DNA of 64,000 nt. It comes from Vicugna vicugna. Taxonomy: Eukaryota. Under the pieces are notes generated by a model. That model did not search any database and was not told the origin of the DNA. It was given only the letters and a program-made list of their open reading frames with translations. Where the stretch lies: NCBI GenBank assembly GCA_013265495.1, contig MU058384.1, positions 4,956,792 to 5,020,791 of the forward strand. Reading direction: 5' to 3'. Positions 11,444 to 22,311 of this stretch are shown in pieces. Both the position numbers and the translations under genes were made by a program. How positions within the stretch are numbered: position 1 is the stretch's first letter; the number at the start of each line of letters is the position of its first letter.

Positions 11444-11515
11444 CGGGAGAAAATTGGCAATAACTTTCCAGTCATCTGTTCCATTCTGTTCTACCAGCTT
11501 CTTCAGTTTTTCATC
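11444..11515 (-). CDS. MYB: c-MYB coding exon 3 (72 nt; DEKLKKLVEQNGTDDWKVIANFLP, R1)
   Basis: Hand translation. Acceptor gtcttag|GAT, donor CCG|gtaagt. Confidence 0.97.
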
Positions 11516-11649
11516 CTAAGACATTCAAAGGTAATCCTAGGATATCAGTCATTTACTGTACAACTCTATTCAAGTTAGAGTAAAAGGGAACCAACCAAAA
11601 AAAAAAAAAATCCAAATTCAACAGATATTAATGTGATATGCTGCTTTAG

Positions 11650-11870
11650 AGCATAGATTTATTTCGAGTTAGACAGATCAGAGTTTGAATGTTGACTCAG
11701 CTATCATTTAGTTGTATACATTTGGGTATATCATTTTGCTTTTCTGGGCCTTAATAGTGTCATCTGTACAATGGGAATGCTGATGTCAACAGGGTTATTT
11801 GGAGATTACATGAGGTAACTATGCAAAACATTAGTATATTACCTGAAACATTGAATGTGTAATATATGGT
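11650..11870 (+). mobile_element. MIR SINE remnant (approximate bounds)
   Basis: gagtttgaatgttgactcag...catctgtacaatgggaat...ggagattacatgag. Confidence 0.55.
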
Positions 11871-12779
11871 AACTTTTAAGAGTTTTACTTTGTGGGAAAA
11901 AAATAATGAACTCCAGTGTAAGATACAAGAGACATTGAACTATGGCAATGGATAGAATCTCAATAAGAAATAGCCTCTGCTCTAACATTTGGTAAGTTCA
12001 ACCTCTTTCATATAAAAAATGGAAGATCACTTTTCTTAATTAAATTTGAAGGCATGTAAAATGTAAGAAAATAAATTAGTTTTTGTTTCAATATATTCAC
12101 AGTTTAAATGAGGTCCAACTTATCAGAACACAGAAGACACTAAACATCAGGGTGAAATCTTTTGGTTCACAATGATCTTTCTAGACATGTTCTTTTAAGC
12201 AAAAGAGAATCCTCACGTTTCTGCAAAGGTAACTGTCTCACACAGTGTGGGTCCCTGTTGTGACAGACACAGGAATTAGGAAACCAGTGTTAACAACAGA
12301 ATTCTAAATCTCTAAGAATCACCTAAGTGCACAATTTCCATAGGTAAAATATGCATTTCCTATGGACCTCACTGGAAATCCTGCCTGCCTGTTATCAAGG
12401 GCTCTGGTTTAAGTGAGGGAGGGCAGAATGAAACTGAAGAAGAGTCAATATCATTTATTCTAACATGAAATCCTCTATAGTCAGTTGCAAAATTTTTTGA
12501 TAACTTTAAAGAAAAAAGCAACTTTTCTCCTATGTTAATAATTTTACTCTTTAAGCATTTTTCCATTCCTGTAAAGATCAAGTCTTTGGTAAGATAGCTG
12601 AAAAAGAGGTAAGAAACAGACACATCTCCATGCATTTTTGAATGCTTTTAGAACAGACATTCATGTACATTTCTCTGTGTAATAGTATATATCAAGAATG
12701 TTAAATGAACCCATTATAACAAGACAAGTTGTTTAAGTGTTTTGCTTTATTCTTTCATTTGTTTTGTTTTTGGAAATAG

Positions 12780-13230
12780 CAATTCATTCATTTGTTCAGG
12801 GAATATTTGCTACCATCCCACTTTGTGGCAATCAATTCTAGGTTCAGGGAACACAAAAATGAATAGACATTTAGCCCTGACCTCAGTAGACTTGCAGTCT
12901 ACTGGGAGAGGCACAGACGTTACAGTAACAATAAGTAAGATCATGCATCCAGTGGTTGGAGGATGCATGCAACCTGTCTGGGGAAGCCAGGAATGACTTC
13001 ACAGAATTGATGGCTTCATAGGTGATGATGAAGTGGTAAGAAGCTGTGGGGCAAAGTGACAAGGACAGAATAGGCAGAGGGAAGCACTGATTAAACAAAA
13101 CAAGGAGAGGACATTCAAACAACTGCAAAGAGTTTGGAAAAGGATAGTGGAGTGTCCATATAGGGGTGGTGGTGAGAGGTAAGAAGACTGCACAGACAGC
13201 GAGGGTAAGATTTCAAAGAGCCTATTAAGT
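12780..13230 (-). mobile_element. L2 LINE 3' fragment (approximate bounds)
   Basis: Starts with the reverse L2 tail attcattcatttgttcagggaatatttg, followed by typical L2 sequence. Confidence 0.55.
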
Positions 13231-13320
13231 TTGAACATCTGTAGTTTGGCTGAAATTTTGTCCTTCATAAAGAGGTATACTCTAGGTTTTTCTCCATGTT
13301 TGGATTATGTGATTAGTTAC

Positions 13321-13438
13321 CTCTTCCCTGGTCCACCTAGTTTTCCCCAAGTGACGCTTTCCAGACTTGGGAAGCAGCCCATCGTAGTCATGGTCACACA
13401 TCTCAATGTCTTCATCTTCCTCGTCACTACTGTAGATG
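13321..13438 (-). CDS. MYB: c-MYB coding exon 2 (118 nt; SIYSSDEEDEDIEMCDHDYDGLLPKSGKRHLGKTRWTREE)
   Basis: ORF 13282..13476. Acceptor ttctgcag|CAT, donor GAG|gtaact. Confidence 0.97.
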
Positions 13439-15258
13439 CTGCAGAAATAAAAACGGGCAGACGTGGACTGAAACAAGAGGATTTAAACTATTGGATTACA
13501 AGACTTACACAAAAAACTCTTCAACAATCTTTGCAAAGTTTACAGAAGATAAAAACTTCTGAAAACTTGCACAACAAGACTGTTTTCACAATTCTGTTGC
13601 TCTAGTATTGTAAACTGGTTCTGCTGTTACTGGTATCCACAGATACGGCAAAGGACCTGGCACTTTCTATTGCTCTGCATGTTTAAACCTGCTGTTAATG
13701 TTAGACCAGTGACAAGTTACACACTTGGCAACCTTCCAACCAATGAAGGTTCAAGTTTAAAACTTAATGTTAAGGACAGTAAAAGGAAGGAGAGCCCATG
13801 TCCTTTATATAAGTACACACTCAAAATCTTTGGCATACGTCACATCATTTAAATAATATTTCCCCATAACAATTAACAACTCAATTATGTTATTCCAATG
13901 GGCTAGTGTTTTATTAAGAGAAAAAAATTCAAGAAGTAATACACTCAACGATATAATTATAGTCATCCCTTAAAGATAAGGAAGATTAGGAGAATCTAAG
14001 AGGAAAGGATTTAAAAACCTGAGGAAGGATAAGTAAGCAAGTGATCAACCTGCTTTGTAAGTAATATTAATATCAAACAATTCAAAACTCCAGGTCAAGT
14101 TGATTCAACTTGTGGCCACATTTACAATCCTCAGTTTCCAGGGTAACTAAGTGAATAATTAGGCCATGTGATAGAATCTTACTCATGTTTTTTTCTACCT
14201 CCAATTGAACAGTATTTGAAAGATCTTACAATGTATCTAATTAAAACTGAGGGATTCCCCCAGACGGGTTTTAACAAAACTCACTGCTGTTTTCAAAAGA
14301 GCTTTTTCTTTTGTCTATTTGACCAAAAACTATGAAGCTTGACGACTTTTAAAGTAATTCCATATTTAACATTTATTAATCATATAATGAATAGACAAGA
14401 GTCATTTTACAGCCAGTTAACTTTTAGTTATAATTTTACTTAGAAAACTTAATATATAAAGGAAAGCTATACTACCTTAAAAGCTTCACTAAAGTTTATC
14501 GTTGTAATATTGAGAAATCCATCAAGTAGGGAACAATAAAAATTATGATATAAAGCCATATCACAACGCAAATTATTATTTTAAAAAGTGAAATTTATAT
14601 TCATAGTAGGTTTTGTCTTCCTAAGGTAACTTCCATGTATGTATTACCCATCCCTTACAAGCAAGCAAACATGTTTACTGAAAATCCTAAATTTCAGGTC
14701 CTTATAATTCAAAACTATTGTTCTCAGAAATAATCTGAAGGTCCAGGATGCATGATAACAAGTAGGATGTGATCCAAATGTAAGATGCCACCACCAAAAA
14801 AGACCGCTAAAGTGTCTTTATAATCTAAAACCATTTTTCACTTAGTGTCATCCTTTTAAACAAAAGCTGATCCTGTTCCACACGGTCAATCTAGGCAACT
14901 TCTGATTAATAATTACAATAGTTTCCCTTTAATAAAAAACACAAGCATCATAAGGTGAAAAAATGTTATTATAAATTCAGAGCTGTAAGTCCATCATCTT
15001 TTAAAATGTTCATAGGGAACTCCTTGGAAAGCCCCCAAATGAAGTGGCACCTTGATACAGATGAAATATCAAGGATATCAAGAAAACCGGAATAATCTGG
15101 AAGTGGAGCCATACATTCAACTGAATTTAACTTTGGGGGTTTGACTGAATCTGGAGAACACGTTTTCAGAAGTGAAGACTACATTTTCCAAACCAATAAT
15201 TGGGCACCACTGTCTTGGCAACAGCTCAACACCCAGGAATAAGCAACATATTCAGCCG

Positions 15259-15273
15259 CCTATAGAGGGCAGC
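15259..15273 (+). promoter_or_regulatory. Candidate CTCF site in MYB intron 1
   Basis: CCTATAGAGGGCAGC matches CCASYAGRKGGCRSY at 13/15. It is ~2.7 kb downstream of the inferred TSS, near where an intron-1 CTCF site is known in mouse Myb. Confidence 0.55.
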
Positions 15274-15309
15274 CAACGTCAGGTGAGAGAACAGACAACA
15301 AACAGGACT

Positions 15310-15425
15310 AAGGTTCTGGAGGCAAAGGTTCCAGTCCCAGTTCTGCCTCCACCTAGCTGCATGACTTGGACAAATCACTTCCTCTCTTTCACGACCTCAG
15401 TTCCTCACCTATACAGAAGGATTTG
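15310..15425 (+). mobile_element. MIR SINE remnant (approximate bounds)
   Basis: ggttccagtcccagttctgcc...agctgcatgacttggacaaatcacttcctctc...cctcagttcctcacctata. Confidence 0.6.
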
Positions 15426-17768
15426 GATTCTACTTCTAAGGTACTTTCCAGTGCTAATAAGGAATAATTCCATGCCGTCCGTGGCTCTTAAAAATTAAGC
15501 AGAAATGTGCACAGAGATGTGCAAAAGCAGTCTTGGTGAAAACGTGGTGTGTGACTTCCGCAGGTCCTGAAGAGTCCATGAGGGGAAGAGGGCGAGCCCA
15601 AGGCTGCTCACACAGTTAGCTCCTGGGTCCAGCAGCAGGCTAGGCGCGGGGGCTCGCCTTTGAGCTTTGCATGCGACTTCCTTGCTCTAAATTGTCCCGG
15701 TCTTCTAAGTAGCATGATTAATTTCTACTGGGGACCTGAAATAACTTTTCCTTTAGCAGCTCTGACAAGATCTCAGACCCAACAGTCAGAGGACTTTCAA
15801 AGGCTCATTTCAAGCTTGATGTATCCGACTCCCCACCTGCTAGACCTGGTGTGGTTACAAGAGTACGACTATGAATATTACATTCTGTCAAGGAAACAAA
15901 CCGTGCAAAGAAACGAAAAAGAAAAGAAGTGTTGGGGGTTGGGAAAAGGGAGGGGACCGGGAGGAAGTGCCTTGTGGCCGCTACTGTGATTCTAGAAAAA
16001 GGGTTCAAACTCATTTCGCTGACCTGGTTAATAATCCCTGCCGAGTTGACGCTCGCCCTGCAAGAAACGGCTTCGAGCCCGCAGCCGGGTTTCTCTTCCC
16101 CACGAGGCAGGTTCAGGGTTCCCGCCCCTCCTGGCCGCCTTGCCTCTCCGCTACCTGGGAGCCATAGGGAACCTGCGCGGCCCCGCCCCGCGGAGACAGT
16201 CGAGATCTCGGGGCGCCGAGCTTCCCCCGCTCCTCCTCCCAGCACCCCTTCCCAGCTCCGTCCTCCTCCTCCCAGTTTCTGCCCTCGGAAAAAAATAGGT
16301 GACCTCGGCTGCTCTACTGTTAAGTTCCAAACGCGAAGATAAAACCACTGAGGGGGCAGCACCCCTGCCCCGCGCAGCCAGGCCCTGGCGAGGCATAGAG
16401 AACCAGACCTCCCCGAGTCGTCTCCCTTTTCCGTCCGGCGCGCGGCCCTGCCTTGGCGGTGCTCCTGCTCAAGCCAGACCCGGCCGAGGGTGCTGCTGCA
16501 GGGCCCTCAACCACGCTCTTTGCAACTTCCCAGCTCTGCAAGGGGACCAGCGACCGCCGATTCAAAAACAAATAAACACAAGAAAATCAAACAACCCGAG
16601 GAAAAGAGGGTGGGTTTCCTTTTTCTCCAGGGACCTTTCCCCAGAACCTCCTGGTGAGGATGGATCCTGTCTCCCTTCCTGCGCCGGGGCGACCTAAGGC
16701 GGCGGGAGCAGGGAGCGGAGGGGGAGCGGCAGCCTCAGCCACGTCCACGTGTGCGCGCCGCGCCGGGACCTCTTGCACAGGGGAAGAGCTCGCGGGTATT
16801 GCGTCCCGGTTGCACGGCAGCGGCTTTGGGTGCTGCCCGCCTCTGTCCCTTTCCGTTGGGTGGCAACTGTGACCACTGCCGAGCGAGCCCCCTACACCCG
16901 GCGGCTTGCAGGGAGCTCTGGCTCGTCCAGTCCGGGAAGTCCAGAGACTGGTGCAAGCGGGAGCGCCAGCAAGTGACAGTTCAGACCAGTATTTCCCTCC
17001 TCCGCTCCCTATTCCCCTCTGTGCGGTCAAATTTGTAAGGGCACTTCACTCATCATCCTGGCGAGCCTCTCCCCGAGTGCGGTGACATGTGCGGCGCGGG
17101 CGCGGGCGCGTGTGGGTGGGTGTGCAATGTTTGCATTAGAAATAAAAGCCTCTCAGATAAAGATTACTACCTTCAAAACCAGGGCTTAAAACAATTTGCA
17201 AATGTTCAGACCCTTTCCTCCCCTACAATCCTTCTTTCCAGCCGCCTGTCAGCTGACACACTTCTTCGCCTCCATAAAGAATGAATGAAATTTAAATGAA
17301 CTACCTACAGCTACTAAACAATCCGGCATCCCCCCCTATATCTGCCATATGCTCTGCACTTCCAAGTCCAAACACATCGTAATGCATCCAGCAATTACGC
17401 TGCGACTCCCTCGCCGACACCCGCGGCATCAAGCCAGGGAGGGACATAGTGGACTCCCGGAGGCTGGTGGGCACCCTCTGCCCCTGGCTGGAACGTGTTG
17501 CTTTTTTCCCCCTAGAGAGAAATGTAGCCTAGTGCAACTTGCAAAATGAGCTGCAGGGCGTGTTTCCCGACGTCCTGCTGTATTTCCCGCATAGACTCTG
17601 CCATTCATCAGACTCTCGAGCGGCTTCTGCTGCCGAGGCAGGGGCTCTAGGTCCTCGCAGGATCTGACAGCCCCGCAGAAGATCCGGGAATGAATTCCCA
17701 CCTGCTCTCCGGGCGCCGGGCGCCCAGCGCGCTCCCGCCCGCGGCCGCCCGCCCGGGATCCCCGTTAC

Positions 17769-17791
17769 CTGTGCCGGGGTCTCCGGGCCAT
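17769..17791 (-). CDS. MYB: c-MYB coding exon 1 (23 nt; MARRPRH-S)
   Basis: Kozak cgcgccATGG at 17791; donor AG|gtaacg. Confidence 0.97.
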
Positions 17792-17999
17792 GGCGCGGCG
17801 GGCGCGGGGCTCCGCCGGGAGCCGCGGGAACCGCACCGGGCTGCCGCCTCCCGCTGCCCGCCGCCTGCCTGCGTCCCTCCCCGGCTGCGCAGTGGCGCTC
17901 CGCACTGCCGGGGCGAAGTTTCTCAGGAGAAAGAGGAGGAGGAGGAGGAGGAGGTCACGGAGGAGGAGGAGAAGGAGGAGGAGGAAACAGGTTGATATT
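17792..17999 (-). other. MYB: MYB 5' UTR (TSS inferred at ~17999)
   Basis: Begins AATATCAACCTGTTTCCTCC, matching my recollection of the human MYB mRNA 5' end. The exact TSS is inferred. Confidence 0.7.
17935..17985 (+). repeat. Three GGA-repeat tracts (G-quadruplex / MAZ-binding element of the MYB promoter)
   Basis: (GGA)6GG-TCAC-(GGA)4-GAA-(GGA)4 read directly. Confidence 0.9.
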
Positions 18000-18057
18000 A
18001 AAGTGTAAACTCTGTAAACAGAGATGCCATCAAACAAAGAGCTTTGGACACTCCCCC

Positions 18058-18067
18058 TCCCGCCAAA
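18058..18067 (-). promoter_or_regulatory. E2F site TTTGGCGGGA in the MYB proximal promoter
   Basis: Exact E2F consensus next to a G-rich Sp1/KLF-type tract. An E2F element is known in the c-myb promoter. Confidence 0.75.
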
Positions 18068-18605
18068 TCTGGCGCCCCTGCAGTGCGCACGCGCCCTGCC
18101 CGCCGCCTCCGCGGTCGCCTTGGCTGCCGCCCGCCGAGTTGCCTGGTCCGCGGAGCCGCCGCTCCCCTACAGCTCTCGCGCCGCGGAGCTGAGCCTGGCG
18201 CGAGGCGAGGCCCGGGCAGCGCGCGGGCGGGGAGCCGGCGGCCGGGGAGGGGCGGCCGGGGGCTGCGGCGGCGCGTTTTCCTGCGCAAACCCCGCTCCCC
18301 AGCACCGGCCGCGCGGGCCCGCGTCACGTCCCACTGATGCAGCCTCCCCTCTTTCTCGGTGGCCGCACCACCGGCGTCCCACTCGGCTTACTCCTGGGCA
18401 CCAGAATCGAGCTGGCCGGGCTCTGCCTCACTGTCGCGGGGGCCGCAAGGGGCTGGGGGGTGGAACTCCCGCATTTGAGATTGGATTTTAGGCAGAGTTT
18501 AAAACTCAGCTCCCTGGAGATGGGGGGTGTTGGATTGGCGGGTAGAGGATGGGAGTATATGTTTTCATAAGATATTTAGCTAGGTCTTTATAGGTCTTTA
18601 TATAT

Positions 18606-18609
<4 letters not shown>

Positions 18610-18649
<40 letters not shown>
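18610..18649. repeat. (TG)20 microsatellite preceded by a short (TA)n
   Basis: Read directly. Confidence 0.97.
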
Positions 18650-18651
<2 letters not shown>

Positions 18652-20404
18652 GAACATCTCTAACATGATGATTAAGAACACTTGTAAATACCAGTGGAGC
18701 TGGTGCTATCACCGCTCACACATGGGGCACCTCGGCGGAGCTTTCACTCTCCACCCAGATCCTGGAGTCGACACAGCACCTTCGCACATGCCCTTCATTC
18801 TCATCGGGACACACGCCCGGCCCCACCCACCCCGCCTGGCCCAGGCGGCGTCCACCGCACATCTCTGCCCCTGCAGAATGCAGCGCGCACCCCGGATTAC
18901 ACACCTGCAAAATCCATGGGGTTCCGAACAGCCCGCCCCTAGCAGAGCTCAGGAAACCCCATGTGCGCTTGCATGATTTTAAAAGTTAAAACAGTTTGTG
19001 TTACAGAGATCGGTATACACGTTTAGTGTAGTTTAGGACTGTTTTATGAGATAAAAATCACGAAAATACTTGCGTGTTCGTATAACTGGGGGCTCCCGAA
19101 GAAGTAAAGGGAGAAGATAAGTGCCAAATTTATAAGGATTGATGATTGGGGGATTTTAGGGGAGTTTTAGTTTTACTTCCGTTTATACACTTGTACCATT
19201 GGGGATTTTTTTTTTCATTCTCTGTACACACTAATTTATTTTCCTTTAATCTTATAGGAGTTTGAGACTTCTGCTGACTGGGTTTGTGGGTGTCCCATGT
19301 GCCGCAGCAGTTCAAACTTAGCTCAGAAAGCATTTTTCTTACTAAAAAAGCATTTTCTTACTGAAATGAGTCATAATTTTATTAAATGGTGAAGCATGCG
19401 TGGTTTCAGGGCTTTATCTGGTGTTTTAAACTTTGTTTCTGAACACGGTAATAGAGTTTAAATCCTTATCAAAAAATGTTAGTTGCTAGTTAGGTTTTAA
19501 CATTCCTCTTTCCTGAGAAAGAAAAAGTAACACGGAAACAAAATTTTTGTGAGCTATTTCAGTTCACAGTCCTGAAAGACAAGTCATTTGCAAGTCAATA
19601 TATTTTAAAAGCCAATATTTACTTCTAGATTCTATAATAAATTTTCTTTCTCCACATCAAAAGTAAACAATTTTTTAAAATATATATATCAAGAACAAAC
19701 ATCTAGAAACCACCCGTAAAGTAATTGCATGCCTCTTTGGGATTACTTTATGAATCCAACTGGCATGATTCCCAAACACTGAGCCTCTTTGGCACAGTTA
19801 GAGTACCTGAGCCCTTCCCAAAGTGAGTTTATAGCCTCTTTCCCAAGATTCTTAGGAGATGGAACTGTTCTATGATTCTTAAACTCCTTTTAAGTAGAAA
19901 GATTCCAAATTCAATTTTATTCCCTTTATTCCCTTTGTGCATAATTTCAAATATATTGTTTTGAGAATTTATAGTATTTTCATCCCCCAGTCATTTTGGG
20001 GTATAGGTTTACATTTTTTCCCTCATATATGTGACAAAAAAATGTACAGGGACAAGTATAGTCTAACAAAGAGTATACATGCAATGATTTTACTAGGGTA
20101 ATTTGGGACATATTGCTGCCTGATAAGTATATAGAAGAATAGAATGAAATGGAGTTATGAATTCTTGTATGGTTGAAAATATATTTTCAAAGACATTATA
20201 GAATGTTGAACTATATTTATACATTTCCTCCCTCCCCTTGTAATTATTACAAATATGTTTTAAGATGACATTATGTATCTCATTAGTCTCTCTTTCTCTC
20301 TCTCTCTTTTTTTTTTTTTAAGATCTGCTTCATCAGTTGTGTCAGTGTGGCAGGCCTGTGACAGAGCTAAATTCAGATACAACCTTTTAATTGTGATGTA
20401 CTAG

Positions 20405-20583
20405 ACAAGTGTCAGCAAGCTTTTCTGTAAAGGACCAGATAATAAATGTTTTAGACTTTGTGAGCTGTGTTGCATATTCTTCTACTTTTCTGCTTCTTCT
20501 TCTTCTTCTTTTTAACAACCTTTTAAAAATGCAAAAACCATTTTTAGCTTGAAGGCCTGCAAGCCATAGTTGACCAACCCTAA
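20405..20583. mobile_element. MER58-like hAT-Charlie element
   Basis: gtcagcaagcttttctgtaaaggaccagataataaatgttttag...gccatagttgaccaaccc is the MER58 signature. Confidence 0.7.
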
Positions 20584-20586
20584 AAC

Positions 20587-20750
20587 AGTGATCTTCAATC
20601 TTTAAAATAAGAATCACTGGGTGTATCCATGAAAAATGCACAGTCCCAGGCCATCTCCTTGGAGACTAGTTGATTCAGTAGGTTTGAGGCAGGGCCCAGG
20701 AGTGTGAATTTTAAACAAGTATCCAAATGGTTTTCATGGAAGCCATCTGC
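20587..20750. mobile_element. MER5-like hAT-Charlie element
   Basis: cagtgatcttcaa...gattcagtaggtttgaggcagggcccagga...ttttaaacaag. Confidence 0.65.
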
Positions 20751-21616
20751 AGATGACTCACTGACAATCTCAATGTTAGAGTGAAGGCAGGCTGGGTCAA
20801 AACACATTTCCCTTTGCCCATTGTCTCTCACCACCTTCCTCTATCTCATTCTCTTTCACCTCTCTAGGGCTAAGGAATCAGGCTCTCAAAAACTCAAGAC
20901 AATTTAAGTCCATGGGAAAGTTGGTGCCAGTGACTGCAGGGCTGTGGCAGCCTATTTCTTTTTCCTTTACTACTAAATGTCAGCCTCGTATTTGAACTTG
21001 AAAGAAAAGGAATTATTTGATCACTTGCTGATCATCATGACTCTCTTCCCCAAGAAAGCAATCGCTTAAAGCATTTTATCTTATTCTAAATATTGGGGAA
21101 GGGCTAACAGGAGAAAGATGTGTAAAAGACACATGCTCTAGCTGTTTTGCTTCTGACTGCTGAGAAGTTCTGGGCATGTGGTGGATCTTTAATACCTGTG
21201 AGCAGTGTCCCAAAGATGAATGAGGATTATCAATGGTGGTGACAGACCAGACCTCAGGGGCCCCATGTCTCTAACCACCCACCTTTTCCCACCCCCTCAA
21301 CCCAATTTGGTTCAGATCATTAAGTGGGAAATAATTACAGAAAACACCAAATGGTTAAAGTACAGATAATTCTTGATCATTTCAGTTAATGAATGACAGC
21401 TGTAGCATATATAATTGAAATTCATAGGTTTGAGATAAACCTCATGTTGCCTCACAGCAAACCTTTTAGTAATAACAATGGGGGAAGTGCTACCTTAGTG
21501 CCAGATGTTTCATAGAGGCTCCTTATGGGGTAGTGACCAAAGAAAATTTTATCCTAAATGATTCCTGGATTTGGCATTTTCTGTTTGTTTTCAGCCTTCA
21601 GATTCTCACAAATAAA

Positions 21617-21690
21617 TATATATATATATATAATATATATGTAATATATATAATATATATATAATAAATGAATATATTATATATATATAT
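21617..21690. repeat. Imperfect (TA)n microsatellite
   Basis: Read directly. Confidence 0.9.
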
Positions 21691-21729
21691 AAAACAACCT
21701 GCGTGTTTTCATTGCCATTTGAACTGAGT

Positions 21730-22310
21730 ATTGAATAAAAGGTATGAAGGTTTGGTGCATGTGTGTGAGATAAGAGAAGGATATTCTAAAGGAAGGGAAA
21801 AGTCTGAGCAAAAGCACACAGTCAGAAACCACAAGGAGTATTCCAAGTACAGGAATAAGGCACTGTCCAGATTCCCTGGAGCAAGGAGAGCTTTGAAGGC
21901 CAGATCAGAGTGTGTGTGTTTTGAATGGAAGATCTACATTATCAGAACTATGTATTTGGAGGATTAACCTAACAGTATCACAGAGAGATTGGAGTGAGAA
22001 GAAGGCGAAGGACCAGACTAGGACAGTAACCCTACTTCAAATGGAAAGGAGGGGGCAGAGCAGAAGAATGTTGCACAGGCATAACCTTCAAGGCTTAGCA
22101 ACTGATTGGATGGCCATTGGAGGTACCATTAATAGAAATAGGGAAGTCAAGAGGGGAAGAGAATTGTGTGCTAAGGGCACTCAAAGAGGAAAGTGAGTTT
22201 AGATTTCTGTATGTTAAGTTTGTGGTTTCTCATGGAAGAGATCCGAGTAGAGTTGTTCAGCAGATGGCGGAAAGTGTGGGATCAGAGCCTGCTGGAGAGG
22301 TTGAGCTGGG
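21730..22310 (-). mobile_element. Degenerate L2 fragment (approximate bounds)
   Basis: L2-like text: tgagtttagatttctgtatgttaagtttg, tgattggatg. Confidence 0.5.
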
Positions 22311-22311
22311 A

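Larger units (their letters stand above)
15560..19000. promoter_or_regulatory. MYB: CpG island / MYB promoter, extending into intron 1
   Basis: Very high GC and CpG density around exon 1 (densest at 17690-18450), GC boxes, no clear TATA box. Confidence 0.9.

Noticed and set aside
17790..18008. Plus-strand ORF MARRARG...RRRRRRSRRRR resembling a protamine
   Set aside because: It is the antisense reading of the MYB 5' UTR; the poly-Arg comes from the GGA repeat and the ATG from the CCATGG palindrome at the MYB start.
15660..18976. Many overlapping 60-185 aa ORFs on both strands
   Set aside because: Low-complexity Pro/Arg/Gly/Ala translations expected from a stop-poor CpG island; no recognisable domain.
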